IMG/VR virus record: IMGVR_UViG_3300005573_000073
Location: 1 to 64,000 of that record
Length of the DNA stretch: 64,000 nt
Origin: a virus
Direction: 5' to 3' (one strand)
Both the position numbers and the translations under genes were made by a program. Below the pieces are notes generated by a model. The model had not been told where the DNA came from. It worked only from the letters and a program-made list of their open reading frames with translations, and did no database searches. Below are positions 18,654 to 28,800 of this stretch, piece after piece; positions within the stretch are counted from its first letter, which is position 1; each line of letters starts with the position of its first letter.

Positions 18654-19084
18654 TGATCAACTATTATTTGTTTTCTATTAATCAGTTTTTCTGGAATCCA
18701 TATTAAATCTCGTTCTTCTGGTTCATCACCTGATTTTGTAACTACGTTTTTACAGTCTTTTACTTTAACAAAACCATTCTTAAAATAAAAGTCAACAGAA
18801 TCAAAAGTCGAATAAAGACAAATCGGAACATTCAGTAATCGGCTTAATCCTTTGTAAATATCAATGATCATTGTTCCAAAATTCTGTCTTTGAAATCTTT
18901 GCTTAATATGTAAATCATCTATAAAAATTGTATGTTTTGAAATTATAGATGAACCAGAACCGATTTCCGTCATTTTAGTTTTTGATCTTAAAAATAAATG
19001 AACCTCTAACCATTTGTCTTTACTGATGCTTGGAGATGATTTGCCAGCGTTAATTCGTATTACAATTGTATTTCGCTTGTTCAT
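18650..19084 (-). CDS. GNAT-family acetyltransferase
   Basis: IDDLHIKQRFQRQNFGT (motif A) and FYFKNGF. Confidence 0.7.
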   Translation of the reverse strand: MNKRNTIVIRINAGKSSPSISKDKWLEVHLFLRSKTKMTEIGSGSSIISKHTIFIDDLHIKQRFQRQNFGTMIIDIYKGLSRLLNVPICLYSTFDSVDFYFKNGFVKVKDCKNVVTKSGDEPEERDLIWIPEKLINRKQIIVDQ

Positions 19085-19174
19085 TTCTAGTCGATTTTAT
19101 TATGTGCATTCTAATATAAAAGTTTTACGGTTTGAAAACAAAAAAATTTAAATAGTTGTTAAAACACTATTATT

Positions 19175-21619
19175 TTGATTAAAATGTTATATGTAGTATC
19201 TGCAAATTACGATAAAAAATTAAATTCGATTTATCTGCAACTTTACGATGATGAAAAGCATCGTTTGATTAAGTGGTTTGATAAAGATTATAAAGCTTAC
19301 TGTTTAACAAGTATGGAAGACTTGCCAATAACAACTGTTAAAAAAACAACAGTGACAAGACAAAACTTACTGCAAAATAAAACAATGCAATTATATAAAA
19401 TAGAAACAGATAATCCATCAGAAATTATTAAAACTCACCAGTTTGACAAAGTATGGGAAAATCACATTAAATTCCACATGAATTATTTATATGATAAAAA
19501 TATTGATATGGGCATGCCATATGAATTGAATAATGGACTTCTTAAACGTGTATATGATGATGAAACTGAATTAAAAATAAATGAAATCCAACGATTATTT
19601 GCAGCAAACGATACAATTCACCAGCTTATAAGTTATTTTGAATATTCTACACCTAAAATTAAACGGGCAGCAGTAGATATTGAAGTAATTAATCAAAATA
19701 ATGATTTGCCAAACCCTGAAATTGCGAATTTTCCAGTTTTATGTATAGCAATTTATTCACCAGAAGAAAATGTTGTTTATGCAATGTCTGGAGCAAAAAC
19801 TTTCGAAAATGTAAAGTATAAAATAATATTTTATAATGATGAAAAGAAAATGTTGATGGATGCTTTAAGGTTCATGCAGAAATTTCCGTTTATAATAACT
19901 TTTAACGGTGATGGCTTTGATTTAATGTATATTTGCAACAGACTAATCCGTTTAGGTGTGCCTGAAGAAGAAATACCAATAAGTCAGAAAGGTTTAAGTT
20001 TAAATTTGCATAATTGTATTCATTTAGATATTTATAGATTTTTTTCAATAAACGCAATTAAGAACTATGCTTTTCAGGGAAAATATAAAGATATAGATTT
20101 AAACACGTTATCAAAATTATTTTTGAATAAGGAAAAATTAAAGAAAGAAAAAAATATGTTTGAAATGTCGTTAAACGATATTATTGAGTATTGTATGCAA
20201 GATGCAATACTAACATATGAATTAACGTGTTTCGAAAATGAATTAATATTAAGTTTAATGTTAATTATTAGTCGTATAAGTAAGTTACCAATTGAAGAAG
20301 TATGTAGAAAATCTATTGGAAAATGGATAGAAAGTTTTCTCTTTTATTTCCACCGCAAAAATGGTTATTTAATTCCGAACCCTTCAGAAATAAAAACAAA
20401 AGGAACAACAATAACTAAATCAATCATTAAAGGCAAGAAATATAAGGGTGCAATTGTTCTAGATCCTGTTGACGGAATATTCTTTGACGTTAAAGTTATT
20501 GATTACGGATCGCTATATCCTTCTATAATAAAAGAATTTAACATTGGATATGAAACAATAAATTGTAATTGCGGTCCAGAATGTGAAAAAAATAAGTATG
20601 GAGATCTTCCACATTGGATATGTAAAAATCACAAATCACTAGAAAGTTTATTTATTGGTTACTTGAAAGATTTACGGTTAAAATGGTATAAAAAACAAGC
20701 TAAAAATGACAATAACGGATTTGAAAAATGGTATAAAGCAGTAGAGCAAACAATCAAGGTCTTCATGAACGCTGCGTATGGTATTTTTGCGAGTGATGAA
20801 AACTTCGTGTTTTATTGTCCGATTGTAAGTGAAGAAATTGCTGGTATAGCGAGGTCAATCATATTGAAAACGGTTGAAAAAGCTAAAGAATTAGAAATTA
20901 AAATATTGTATGGTGATACGGATAGTATTTTTGTTATTGGAGATAAGGCTAAAATTGAACAGTTGCAGAAGTGGGCAGCAGACACGTTTCAGATAGATTT
21001 AGAATTGGATAAGGAATATATTTTTGTGTGTTTAAGTGAAAGAAAAAAGAATTATTTGGGGTTGCAAACTAAAGGCGTTATTGATGTTAAGGGATTAACT
21101 GGAAAAAAGAGTCATACACCATTATTTTACAAAAATCTTTTTGATAATGTGAAGCAAATATTAAAAAGTGTGAAAACAGAGGAAGATTTAAATTCTGCAA
21201 AAATGAAGGTAAGAGAACTGGTTTTTGAAGCGTATAAGAAATTGAAGAAGAAACAGTGGAATAGTTTGGATGAGTTGACTTTTCACGTTAATATACATAA
21301 AAGATTAACTGATTATGGTAAAGTATCTAGATATACAAAGGAAGGAAAACCGTTTAAACAAGTTATTCCACAACATATTAAAGTTGCCAAAATGTTGGAA
21401 GCGTCTGGAGTAACATTGCGTGAAGGACAAAAAGTAGCTTATATAAAAGCTAAAAATGATGATGGGGTTTTACCCTTGTTATTGGCGAAAAATGATGATG
21501 TTGATGTTGAAAAATATATTGAGTTTTTGCGAACTACATGTGAACAGTTTTTAGAACCGTTGGATTTAGAATTTAATGAAATAATAGGGTTTAAAAAGCT
21601 TGATACATATTTTGGTTAA
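19175..21619 (+). CDS. polB: family B DNA polymerase (archaeal PolB1-like)
   Basis: Exonuclease motifs DIEV, FNGDGFD, YCMQDA; YKGA, DYGSLYPS, KVFMNAAYG, YGDTDS, KKNY. Confidence 0.95.
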   Translation: MIKMLYVVSANYDKKLNSIYLQLYDDEKHRLIKWFDKDYKAYCLTSMEDLPITTVKKTTVTRQNLLQNKTMQLYKIETDNPSEIIKTHQFDKVWENHIKFHMNYLYDKNIDMGMPYELNNGLLKRVYDDETELKINEIQRLFAANDTIHQLISYFEYSTPKIKRAAVDIEVINQNNDLPNPEIANFPVLCIAIYSPEENVVYAMSGAKTFENVKYKIIFYNDEKKMLMDALRFMQKFPFIITFNGDGFDLMYICNRLIRLGVPEEEIPISQKGLSLNLHNCIHLDIYRFFSINAIKNYAFQGKYKDIDLNTLSKLFLNKEKLKKEKNMFEMSLNDIIEYCMQDAILTYELTCFENELILSLMLIISRISKLPIEEVCRKSIGKWIESFLFYFHRKNGYLIPNPSEIKTKGTTITKSIIKGKKYKGAIVLDPVDGIFFDVKVIDYGSLYPSIIKEFNIGYETINCNCGPECEKNKYGDLPHWICKNHKSLESLFIGYLKDLRLKWYKKQAKNDNNGFEKWYKAVEQTIKVFMNAAYGIFASDENFVFYCPIVSEEIAGIARSIILKTVEKAKELEIKILYGDTDSIFVIGDKAKIEQLQKWAADTFQIDLELDKEYIFVCLSERKKNYLGLQTKGVIDVKGLTGKKSHTPLFYKNLFDNVKQILKSVKTEEDLNSAKMKVRELVFEAYKKLKKKQWNSLDELTFHVNIHKRLTDYGKVSRYTKEGKPFKQVIPQHIKVAKMLEASGVTLREGQKVAYIKAKNDDGVLPLLLAKNDDVDVEKYIEFLRTTCEQFLEPLDLEFNEIIGFKKLDTYFG

Positions 21620-21663
21620 TAGTCACCATAAGATTTAAATAATTAATTAAAAGATTAATTAAT

Positions 21664-21927
21664 GTGATAATAATGAAAGAAGAAGAACTTGAAGATTTAT
21701 TGAGAATGTTTGAGAACGATTGTCCAGATGATTTAGTTAAACTGGCAAAAACTCCATTTGAAAAGGCTGTGACAACAGAATTTTTAAAGTTATACCAAGA
21801 AGTTAAACAAGTAGAAATAGAACAGGAAGTTAATTTTAAATGGTTAAAATGGCTTACGTGTGGAATATTTTCGGTTGTTGGTTTTTCATTGCTGTTTGAA
21901 GTGATAAGATTTATTTTACACATCTAA
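21664..21927 (+). CDS. small membrane-anchored protein
   Basis: C-terminal hydrophobic helix. Confidence 0.5.
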   Translation: MIIMKEEELEDLLRMFENDCPDDLVKLAKTPFEKAVTTEFLKLYQEVKQVEIEQEVNFKWLKWLTCGIFSVVGFSLLFEVIRFILHI

Positions 21928-21977
21928 TTAAAAAAACACCGAAAGATTTAAATACATCATAATTTTTATTTAATATT

Positions 21978-22040
21978 GCGGGCAACAAAGTGGTTTAGGA
22001 GGCTTAATGTGATTTTTCGTCACATCTCCCACCACGCCCA
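21978..22040 (+). ncRNA. candidate small hairpin RNA
   Basis: GGGC/GCCC, GTGGT/ACCAC, GGAG/CTCC and ATGTGA/TCACAT nested stems; promoter at 21938-21954; the next gene has a separate promoter (22069-22086). Confidence 0.55.
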
Positions 22041-22105
22041 CAAGTTACCATTCAATTTTGTTTGACGTAACCAAAAAGTTTAAATATTAAGTAACAACAT
22101 ATTTA

Positions 22106-22549
22106 TTGGAGGAAAAAATCATTCCAGCCAGTATTAGAATAATTAAAATAGTTAAGGACAAAAATCCGATGACTGGGGAAGAATCTGAAGCATACACTGT
22201 TGAATTTGAATGTGAAGCTGAAAATGCACGTGATCTTCCAAATGAACTTGCTTCTTCTATTCTTGGTCAACGTGCAATGGATCTGATTCAACGAGCAGAA
22301 TTTTTACCAGAAGGAACTCCAACAGATATAGAATTGATGAAACAGCAAGCTGAAAAAGAAGCTGAAGAATTGAAGAAACGTGAAGAACAATTACGTGAAG
22401 AGGGAAGACGTGAAGTTAGAAAGAAATATTTGGATTATATAGCAAAGAAAAGAAAAAATAGTTCGTCAAGTGCTTCTAGTTCACGAAGGGCATTAACTGA
22501 TATTTATGCTGAATTAGAAAGAGAATATTATGGCGATGAAAGAAGATGA
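22106..22549 (+). CDS. hypothetical coiled-coil protein
   Basis: 147-aa ORF behind a promoter. Confidence 0.55.
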   Translation: MEEKIIPASIRIIKIVKDKNPMTGEESEAYTVEFECEAENARDLPNELASSILGQRAMDLIQRAEFLPEGTPTDIELMKQQAEKEAEELKKREEQLREEGRREVRKKYLDYIAKKRKNSSSSASSSRRALTDIYAELEREYYGDERR

Positions 22550-22887
22550 GTGAAGAGGAAAAAAGAAAAAGAGAACAACGGAAAAAACAACAAAATATTA
22601 GAAAACAGAAACAACAAACTGAATTTAAACGTAAATATAGAAGTATTCATGATAAGCATAGGGAAAGAAGAAAGAAAGATTGTATGATTGGTCTTCCTTT
22701 TATAACTGCTTTTCAGGGAGATCCAGCTAGATTATTTTATTGTGCAGATATTCCAGATAGGTATGAATTGATTCCAAGAACTAATAATTATCCAGATTGG
22801 GAAAAACCACTTGGCAGATTAATGAGATATTTAGATCATCATATAACGCAGATACACAATAAAGTGTTAGTGTATAAAGCAGGTTAA
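22546..22887 (+). CDS. basic hypothetical protein
   Basis: ATGA overlap with the previous ORF. Confidence 0.55.
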   Translation: MSEEEKRKREQRKKQQNIRKQKQQTEFKRKYRSIHDKHRERRKKDCMIGLPFITAFQGDPARLFYCADIPDRYELIPRTNNYPDWEKPLGRLMRYLDHHITQIHNKVLVYKAG

Positions 22888-23339
22888 CTTAAACTTTCTT
22901 CAACTATCACACGGAATGTTACAACTGTTCTCCAATATTTAAATGTTGTTCCTTTTGATAATATTGATTCTTGAGAAGTGAATTCTCTTATATCTAGTAT
23001 ATGCACATCTGAATGTCTATTGTGTGTTTCAAGATAATCTATGATTGCATCCATTACTTCACGGGATTTTGTCATTGAGTCATGAAATATGTAGCATGTA
23101 AAGATGAAATCATACATTTCACCATGAGATATTGTTGGAGGGTGAAATCCATAAACTGGTCTCCATTCTCCAGTCATTCTAACTGTAACTATTGGAAATG
23201 CTGAATGTGTTAAAAGCCAAGATTGAATAAGCCAATTCCCAAAAACATGAGTATCTCTTGGTTGCAGTTCTGGATGTGCATTCGCAATTAAATCAAGAAT
23301 TTTTCGTTTTATAACATATTTATCCATTATTTCAACCAC
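22884..23339 (-). CDS. putative tail terminator/neck protein
   Basis: Size and pattern (FPIVTV...FTCYIF...DAIIDYL...WRTVVTFRV) typical of tail-completion proteins; homologous to the C-termini of the two upstream fibres. Confidence 0.5.
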   Translation of the reverse strand: MVEIMDKYVIKRKILDLIANAHPELQPRDTHVFGNWLIQSWLLTHSAFPIVTVRMTGEWRPVYGFHPPTISHGEMYDFIFTCYIFHDSMTKSREVMDAIIDYLETHNRHSDVHILDIREFTSQESILSKGTTFKYWRTVVTFRVIVEESLS

Positions 23340-25249
23340 TCCATAGGACGTTTTGTTAAAATATCACCTTCAATCATAATTCGGGACATATGCACGCCTT
23401 TAGTAGCTCCACTTGTTTCTGTTTCTCTTGTTTTAATATTAATAATGTCGAGCACTCCAGCATTTTCGTCAGTATTATGTTTTCTTAAATATTTTATTAT
23501 ATCATTTGTTACATTCATTGCTGTTTTGGCATGTATTGGCTCTGTGCTTTCCCCAATATCAAATTCAACATAGCGTGAAATAACATTAATATTAAAATGA
23601 TATAAATAACATGGACCAACAGTTTTAGATGCTAATTGATAACCATAATGTATGCATTGAATTGAAGATGGAATTATTTTAACGGCTACAAGAGTTCCAG
23701 TCCATGCGTTGAAACTCCAAGTATTAAGTCTCCATTCATCAACTATCGTAATAGGATAAGTGGTGGAATTAGCAATCTTATTCATTAATGAGTTTTTAAC
23801 AGCAGTCATTCTACCAAGAATTATAGATTTAAAAACAGATGTAACATCATTTAACCCTAGATGTTCAACTATTATTTTTGTTATCTGTTTTTTCACTGAT
23901 ATTTTAATCTTTTCAATAATATCATTTAACACTAAATATTCAATAATTGACTTACGAATAGACTTAATTCTTTCTTTCATATCTGTTAACCATAAATGTT
24001 CAATCAAATACTTATAAACAAATTTAGATTTACTTTTAATATCCGTTAATTCTAAATATTCAATCACTGATTTAATATGTTCAAATATTTTTTCTTTAAT
24101 TATATTATCAATTAACCCTAAATATTCAATTAATGATTTATAAACACTAATTAGTTTGTTATCAAGCATTCCTAAATATTCAGTAATTGTTCTATATAAA
24201 GATTTAAGTCTATTTGTTACATCATTTAATCCTAAATATTCGACAACAGTTTTTATAACTTGAGAAATTTCTTCGCTTCCCCAGCTTCCATGACTAGGCT
24301 CGGGACTAACATATTTACGGTATAAGCCGTAATCTTCATATGTGTCTGTTTGCTCCATAACAACGCTTTGATCAAAGTTAAAAGTTAAAAGAACGTTATT
24401 ACTTGCGTCTAGGATTTTAAGCCAATCAACGTCAACCATAACAGTTTGATTAGCCCATCCATCAATAAGTCTAATCATTAATGTAACATAGTTACTTGTG
24501 AATGTTGAAAGGTCTAAAACATCTGATGTGTGCGTTGCCCAACCCTTCCACCCGCTTGTTCCTAACGGTGAAGGATAATGTGTTGCCTCAATATAAGTGA
24601 ATAAATTTTCAATATCGTTTATGCCTAGTGTTTGTTGCCTTTTAAGTTCAGTATTTAAAATAATGACTCTTCCAAGAGATAGGTCTCGTGTGTCAGCATA
24701 CGAAAAGTAAACGTTCCAGTAAAGTTGAACTTTTTTACCGTTAAGATAGCTTTTTGGCATAATGATAAAAACGTAACCTTGTCCCATCGAACTAGCTCCA
24801 GCAGTGTAGCTGTCTATACGTATAACAGATCCTGTTGGTTTGGTAAACGTGATGTTTGGATAAAAAGTTGTGTATTTTTGATGTTCACGAAGCTGCCACA
24901 AGTCAATATTTTGAGGGTTATCAGCCCTTGTAGCACTTGACTTTCCATAATAAACATAAATTGTAGCGTTAGAACTGCTTAAGTCGTCTGCAACTTCAAC
25001 CCAGAAAACAGCATTATTACTAGCGGTATAGCTTTCCATCCAATAGTCCAAAAGTGTAGTGCCATCAGATGTTGTGAATCTTACATCGCCAAAATCTGTT
25101 CTGCTGTGACTGTTAAGATAAACACTACCTCCACTATCTGTTCCCGTGCCATAATAACAAGTAATCTTCACTGGATAGTTAGTTCCAGCACCACTAGCAC
25201 TATTTATTACATGTGACTTCCTATAAGAAAACCCCGAGAGCCATCCCAC
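23327..25249 (-). CDS. virion fibre/adhesin: DUF2341-like N-terminus, ExLGLxD repeats, C-terminal anchor domain
   Basis: WLSGFSYRKS, DFGDVRFT..GTTLLDYWME, IYVYYG; repeat block; shared C-terminal domain. Confidence 0.7.
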   Translation of the reverse strand: MGWLSGFSYRKSHVINSASGAGTNYPVKITCYYGTGTDSGGSVYLNSHSRTDFGDVRFTTSDGTTLLDYWMESYTASNNAVFWVEVADDLSSSNATIYVYYGKSSATRADNPQNIDLWQLREHQKYTTFYPNITFTKPTGSVIRIDSYTAGASSMGQGYVFIIMPKSYLNGKKVQLYWNVYFSYADTRDLSLGRVIILNTELKRQQTLGINDIENLFTYIEATHYPSPLGTSGWKGWATHTSDVLDLSTFTSNYVTLMIRLIDGWANQTVMVDVDWLKILDASNNVLLTFNFDQSVVMEQTDTYEDYGLYRKYVSPEPSHGSWGSEEISQVIKTVVEYLGLNDVTNRLKSLYRTITEYLGMLDNKLISVYKSLIEYLGLIDNIIKEKIFEHIKSVIEYLELTDIKSKSKFVYKYLIEHLWLTDMKERIKSIRKSIIEYLVLNDIIEKIKISVKKQITKIIVEHLGLNDVTSVFKSIILGRMTAVKNSLMNKIANSTTYPITIVDEWRLNTWSFNAWTGTLVAVKIIPSSIQCIHYGYQLASKTVGPCYLYHFNINVISRYVEFDIGESTEPIHAKTAMNVTNDIIKYLRKHNTDENAGVLDIINIKTRETETSGATKGVHMSRIMIEGDILTKRPMEWLK

Positions 25250-25250
25250 A

Positions 25251-25733
25251 TTACATACTCTCCTTTAGATATTTATATTTATCCATTAATTGTTGATTAG
25301 GGTCATATTCTACTGATTCTGCTAACCAATGACATTTACCACACAACCATAAACCTTTCTCTGGATGTTGGTCGTCCCAATGATGCCAAAAAGGTCTTTT
25401 TTCTATTATTTTACCACAAAGTTCGTAAAACCCTTCAAATTTTCTTTTCCTTACTCTTATTCGACCACCATTAGTATAGAGAACATTTAATCTACGATAT
25501 TCAGTTATATAATCTTTGTTTTTTTCTCCCCATCGTTTTCGATTCTCCAGTCTTTTTATTCGAAATTCTGGGTCAGCATGATACCTTTCTCTCAACCGCT
25601 CAACTGTTCTTTTTTTTATTTTACCTTTATTTTTCTTATAATATTCTTTCATATAGGCTTTTCTGTTTGGTTCTAACCATCTTTTTCTACCATTTGGATA
25701 TTTTTTAGGATGATTAACTCTATTACCTTTCAT
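25251..25733 (-). CDS. HNH homing-endonuclease-like protein (possibly degenerate)
   Basis: Basic N-terminus, ELCGK...WHHWDD...WLCGKCH; first Cys of the first Zn pair absent. Confidence 0.55.
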   Translation of the reverse strand: MKGNRVNHPKKYPNGRKRWLEPNRKAYMKEYYKKNKGKIKKRTVERLRERYHADPEFRIKRLENRKRWGEKNKDYITEYRRLNVLYTNGGRIRVRKRKFEGFYELCGKIIEKRPFWHHWDDQHPEKGLWLCGKCHWLAESVEYDPNQQLMDKYKYLKESM

Positions 25734-25810
25734 TTAGAATCCTCCTATACTGCCAGCCCCAGCTCCATCCAGATAACCAACCTATGATTTATCCCCCCAC
25801 TTCTTTCTTT

Positions 25811-28800
25811 TTATTCATTTAGCCACCTCATTGGACGTTTTGCCAAGATATATCCTTCGATAATTATTCTTGCCATATGAACGCCTTTTCTGGAACCCCC
25901 TGTATCGGATTCTCTTTTGGTAATATCGAATATGTCTTCCACGCCTGCACTCTCATCTTTATTATGCATTCTCAAGTATTTAACTATTTCGTTTGTAATA
26001 TACATAGTTGTTTTGGCATGTATTGGTTCTGTGCTTTCTCCGATGTCAAATTCAACATAGCGTGATATAACATTAATATTAAAATGATATAAGTGGTATG
26101 GACCAAACATTTTGGATGCAATGCGATGTCCATAATGAATTCTTTGCAGTGGAGATGGTGTAATTTTAACTGCCACTAATGTTCCTGTCCATGCATTAAA
26201 GTTCCATGTGTTTAATCTCCACTCGTCAATCACCGTAACTGGATAAGTTGTTGCATTAGAAATCTTATTCATTAATGAATTTTTAACAGCAGTCATTCTA
26301 CCAAGAATTATAAATTTAAAGATAGATACAACATCATTTAACCCTAAATATTCAATTATTATTTTCGTTAAAGTTTTTGTCTTGCCAACAATATCAACTA
26401 ACGCTAAATATTCAACAATTGATCTGTGAATAGATTTAGTTCTTTCTTTAACATCGATTAGCTCTAGAAAATCAACAATCACTTTACGAATAGATTTTAT
26501 CCAGTTTTTGGTGTCAATTAATCCTAAACGGTCAATTATTAACTTAAACATTTTAATGAATTTATAATCAATTAGTCCTAGATAATCAATGAAAGATTTG
26601 GAAATAGAAGAAGTTTTTTTATCAACTAATCCTATAATGTTAATTATTGTTCTATGAATTGATTTAACTCTTTCCTTCATATCTGTTAATTCTAAATGTT
26701 CAATCAAATATTTATAAACAGATTTGAATTTACTTTTAATATCAGTTAGTCCCAAATGTTCAATTATTGTTTTATACATTACTTTTAATTTATAATCTGT
26801 TAACTCTAAATAATCAAATATTGATCTGTGAATTGATTTTACTCGTTGTTTAACGTCAGAAAGTCCAAGGTAATCAATAATTGATCTATGAACAGATTTA
26901 ACTCGCTGTTTAAAATCGGTTAATCCTAAATAATCAATTATTCGTTTTTGGACAGATGTGATTTTAACATCAATTAATCCTGTATATTCAATTATTGCTT
27001 TATAAACCGATTTAATCTCTTGGTCAACAAAGCCGAAATAATCAATTATTGACTTATAAACCGTTTTAATTTTGCTATCTACTATTTCTATATAATCAAT
27101 AAATGACTTATAAATTGATTTAGTTCTACTCTTAACATCAATTAGTCCTAAATACTCAATGACAGATATAAGATGTTCATATATTTTTTCTTTGATTATA
27201 TTATCAACTAATCCTAAATATTCAATTAATGACTTGGAAACACTAACTAGTTTGTTATCAAGCATTCCTAAATATTCAGTAATTATTCTATATAAAGATT
27301 TAAGTCTACTTGTCACATCATTTAATCCTAACCTTTCAGTTACAAATACATATATTGATTTAAGTTTATTTGCAACATCAGATAAACTTAATTGTTCAGT
27401 AAAGAATTTAACGATTGAAATCAGCTTACTATCAGCTAATTCTAAATATTCAACTAGAGTTCTATAAATTGTTTTTAATCTATTTGTAACATCGGATAAT
27501 GCAAAATATTCACTTATTGACTTGAAAACACTAACTAGTTTATTATCAATTAATCCTAAATAATCAACAAAAATTTTATATACAGATTTGATTTTGCTAC
27601 TAACATCTAACATTTCAAGTTTATCAATCAGTGTTCGATATATTGACTTAATTCTATCTTTAAAGTCAATTAGTCCTAACTGTTCAATTAACAATTTAGA
27701 AATGGAAACAAGTTTCTTATCTAACAACCCTAAATTTTCTATAAATGTTCTATAAAATGACTTAAACTTATTAAGGACATCAGTTAAACCAAGATGCTCA
27801 TAAATTAATTTAGATATTGACATAATTTTATTATCTATTAGTCCGAAATACTCGCTAAAAATCCTATATAAAGATTTAAATTTATCTATCACATCGCTAA
27901 ATTCGAAATGCTCAATAATTGATTTAACAATAGAGATTAATTTTTTATCTAACAATTCTAACTGTTCAGTCATAATTTTAACCAGTGATTTAACTTTGCT
28001 TGTAACATCAATTAACTCTAAATGTTCAGTTATTGATTTGCCCATTGAAATTATTTTGGTATCAACTAGTTCCAGATAATCAGTAATAGTTCTACTTATA
28101 GATTTAACTCTGTCTTTAAAATCAATCAACTCAATTTTATCTATGAAAGTCTTAAACAATGATTTAACTCTTGTTTTTACATCAACAAATCCAAAATATT
28201 CATTAAAAGATTTACTTAATGATGTAATTTTATTATCCAACATTTCAAAATATTCAACTATAGTTCTAGTTACTGGTTTAAGTTTATTCACAACATCAGT
28301 TAAATCTAAATGTTCAATAATTGTTTTATACAATGCTTTAAGTTTGCTTGTAACATCAACTATCCCGATATTTTCTATAAATGATTTGGAAACAGCAGTT
28401 AACTTGTTATCGATAAACTCCATGTATTCAATTAATGTTTGATATAATGATTTTAACTTACTTAAAAAATCGGTTAAACTTAAACTTTCCATAAATGATT
28501 TAGTAATGCCAGTCAGCTTGTTATCAATAAACTCTAAATACTCTGACATTCTCGCATATACTGATTTAATTCTATCTTTAACATCAATTAACCCTAGTTG
28601 CTCAATTACTGATTTATAAATAGAAATCAGCTTATTATCAATTAATCCTAATTGCTCAATTATTGATTTATAAATAGAAATCAACTTATTATCAACCAAT
28701 CCCAAAAAATCAGTAGTTGTTCTATATAACGATTTAAATTTATTAATAACATCATTAAAGTCAAAATATTCCATCATTAATTTCTGTATAGAAACAATTT

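Noticed and set aside
21978-22050. tRNA gene (sequence ends near ACCA)
   Set aside because: There is no cloverleaf or T-loop; it folds as a single rod.
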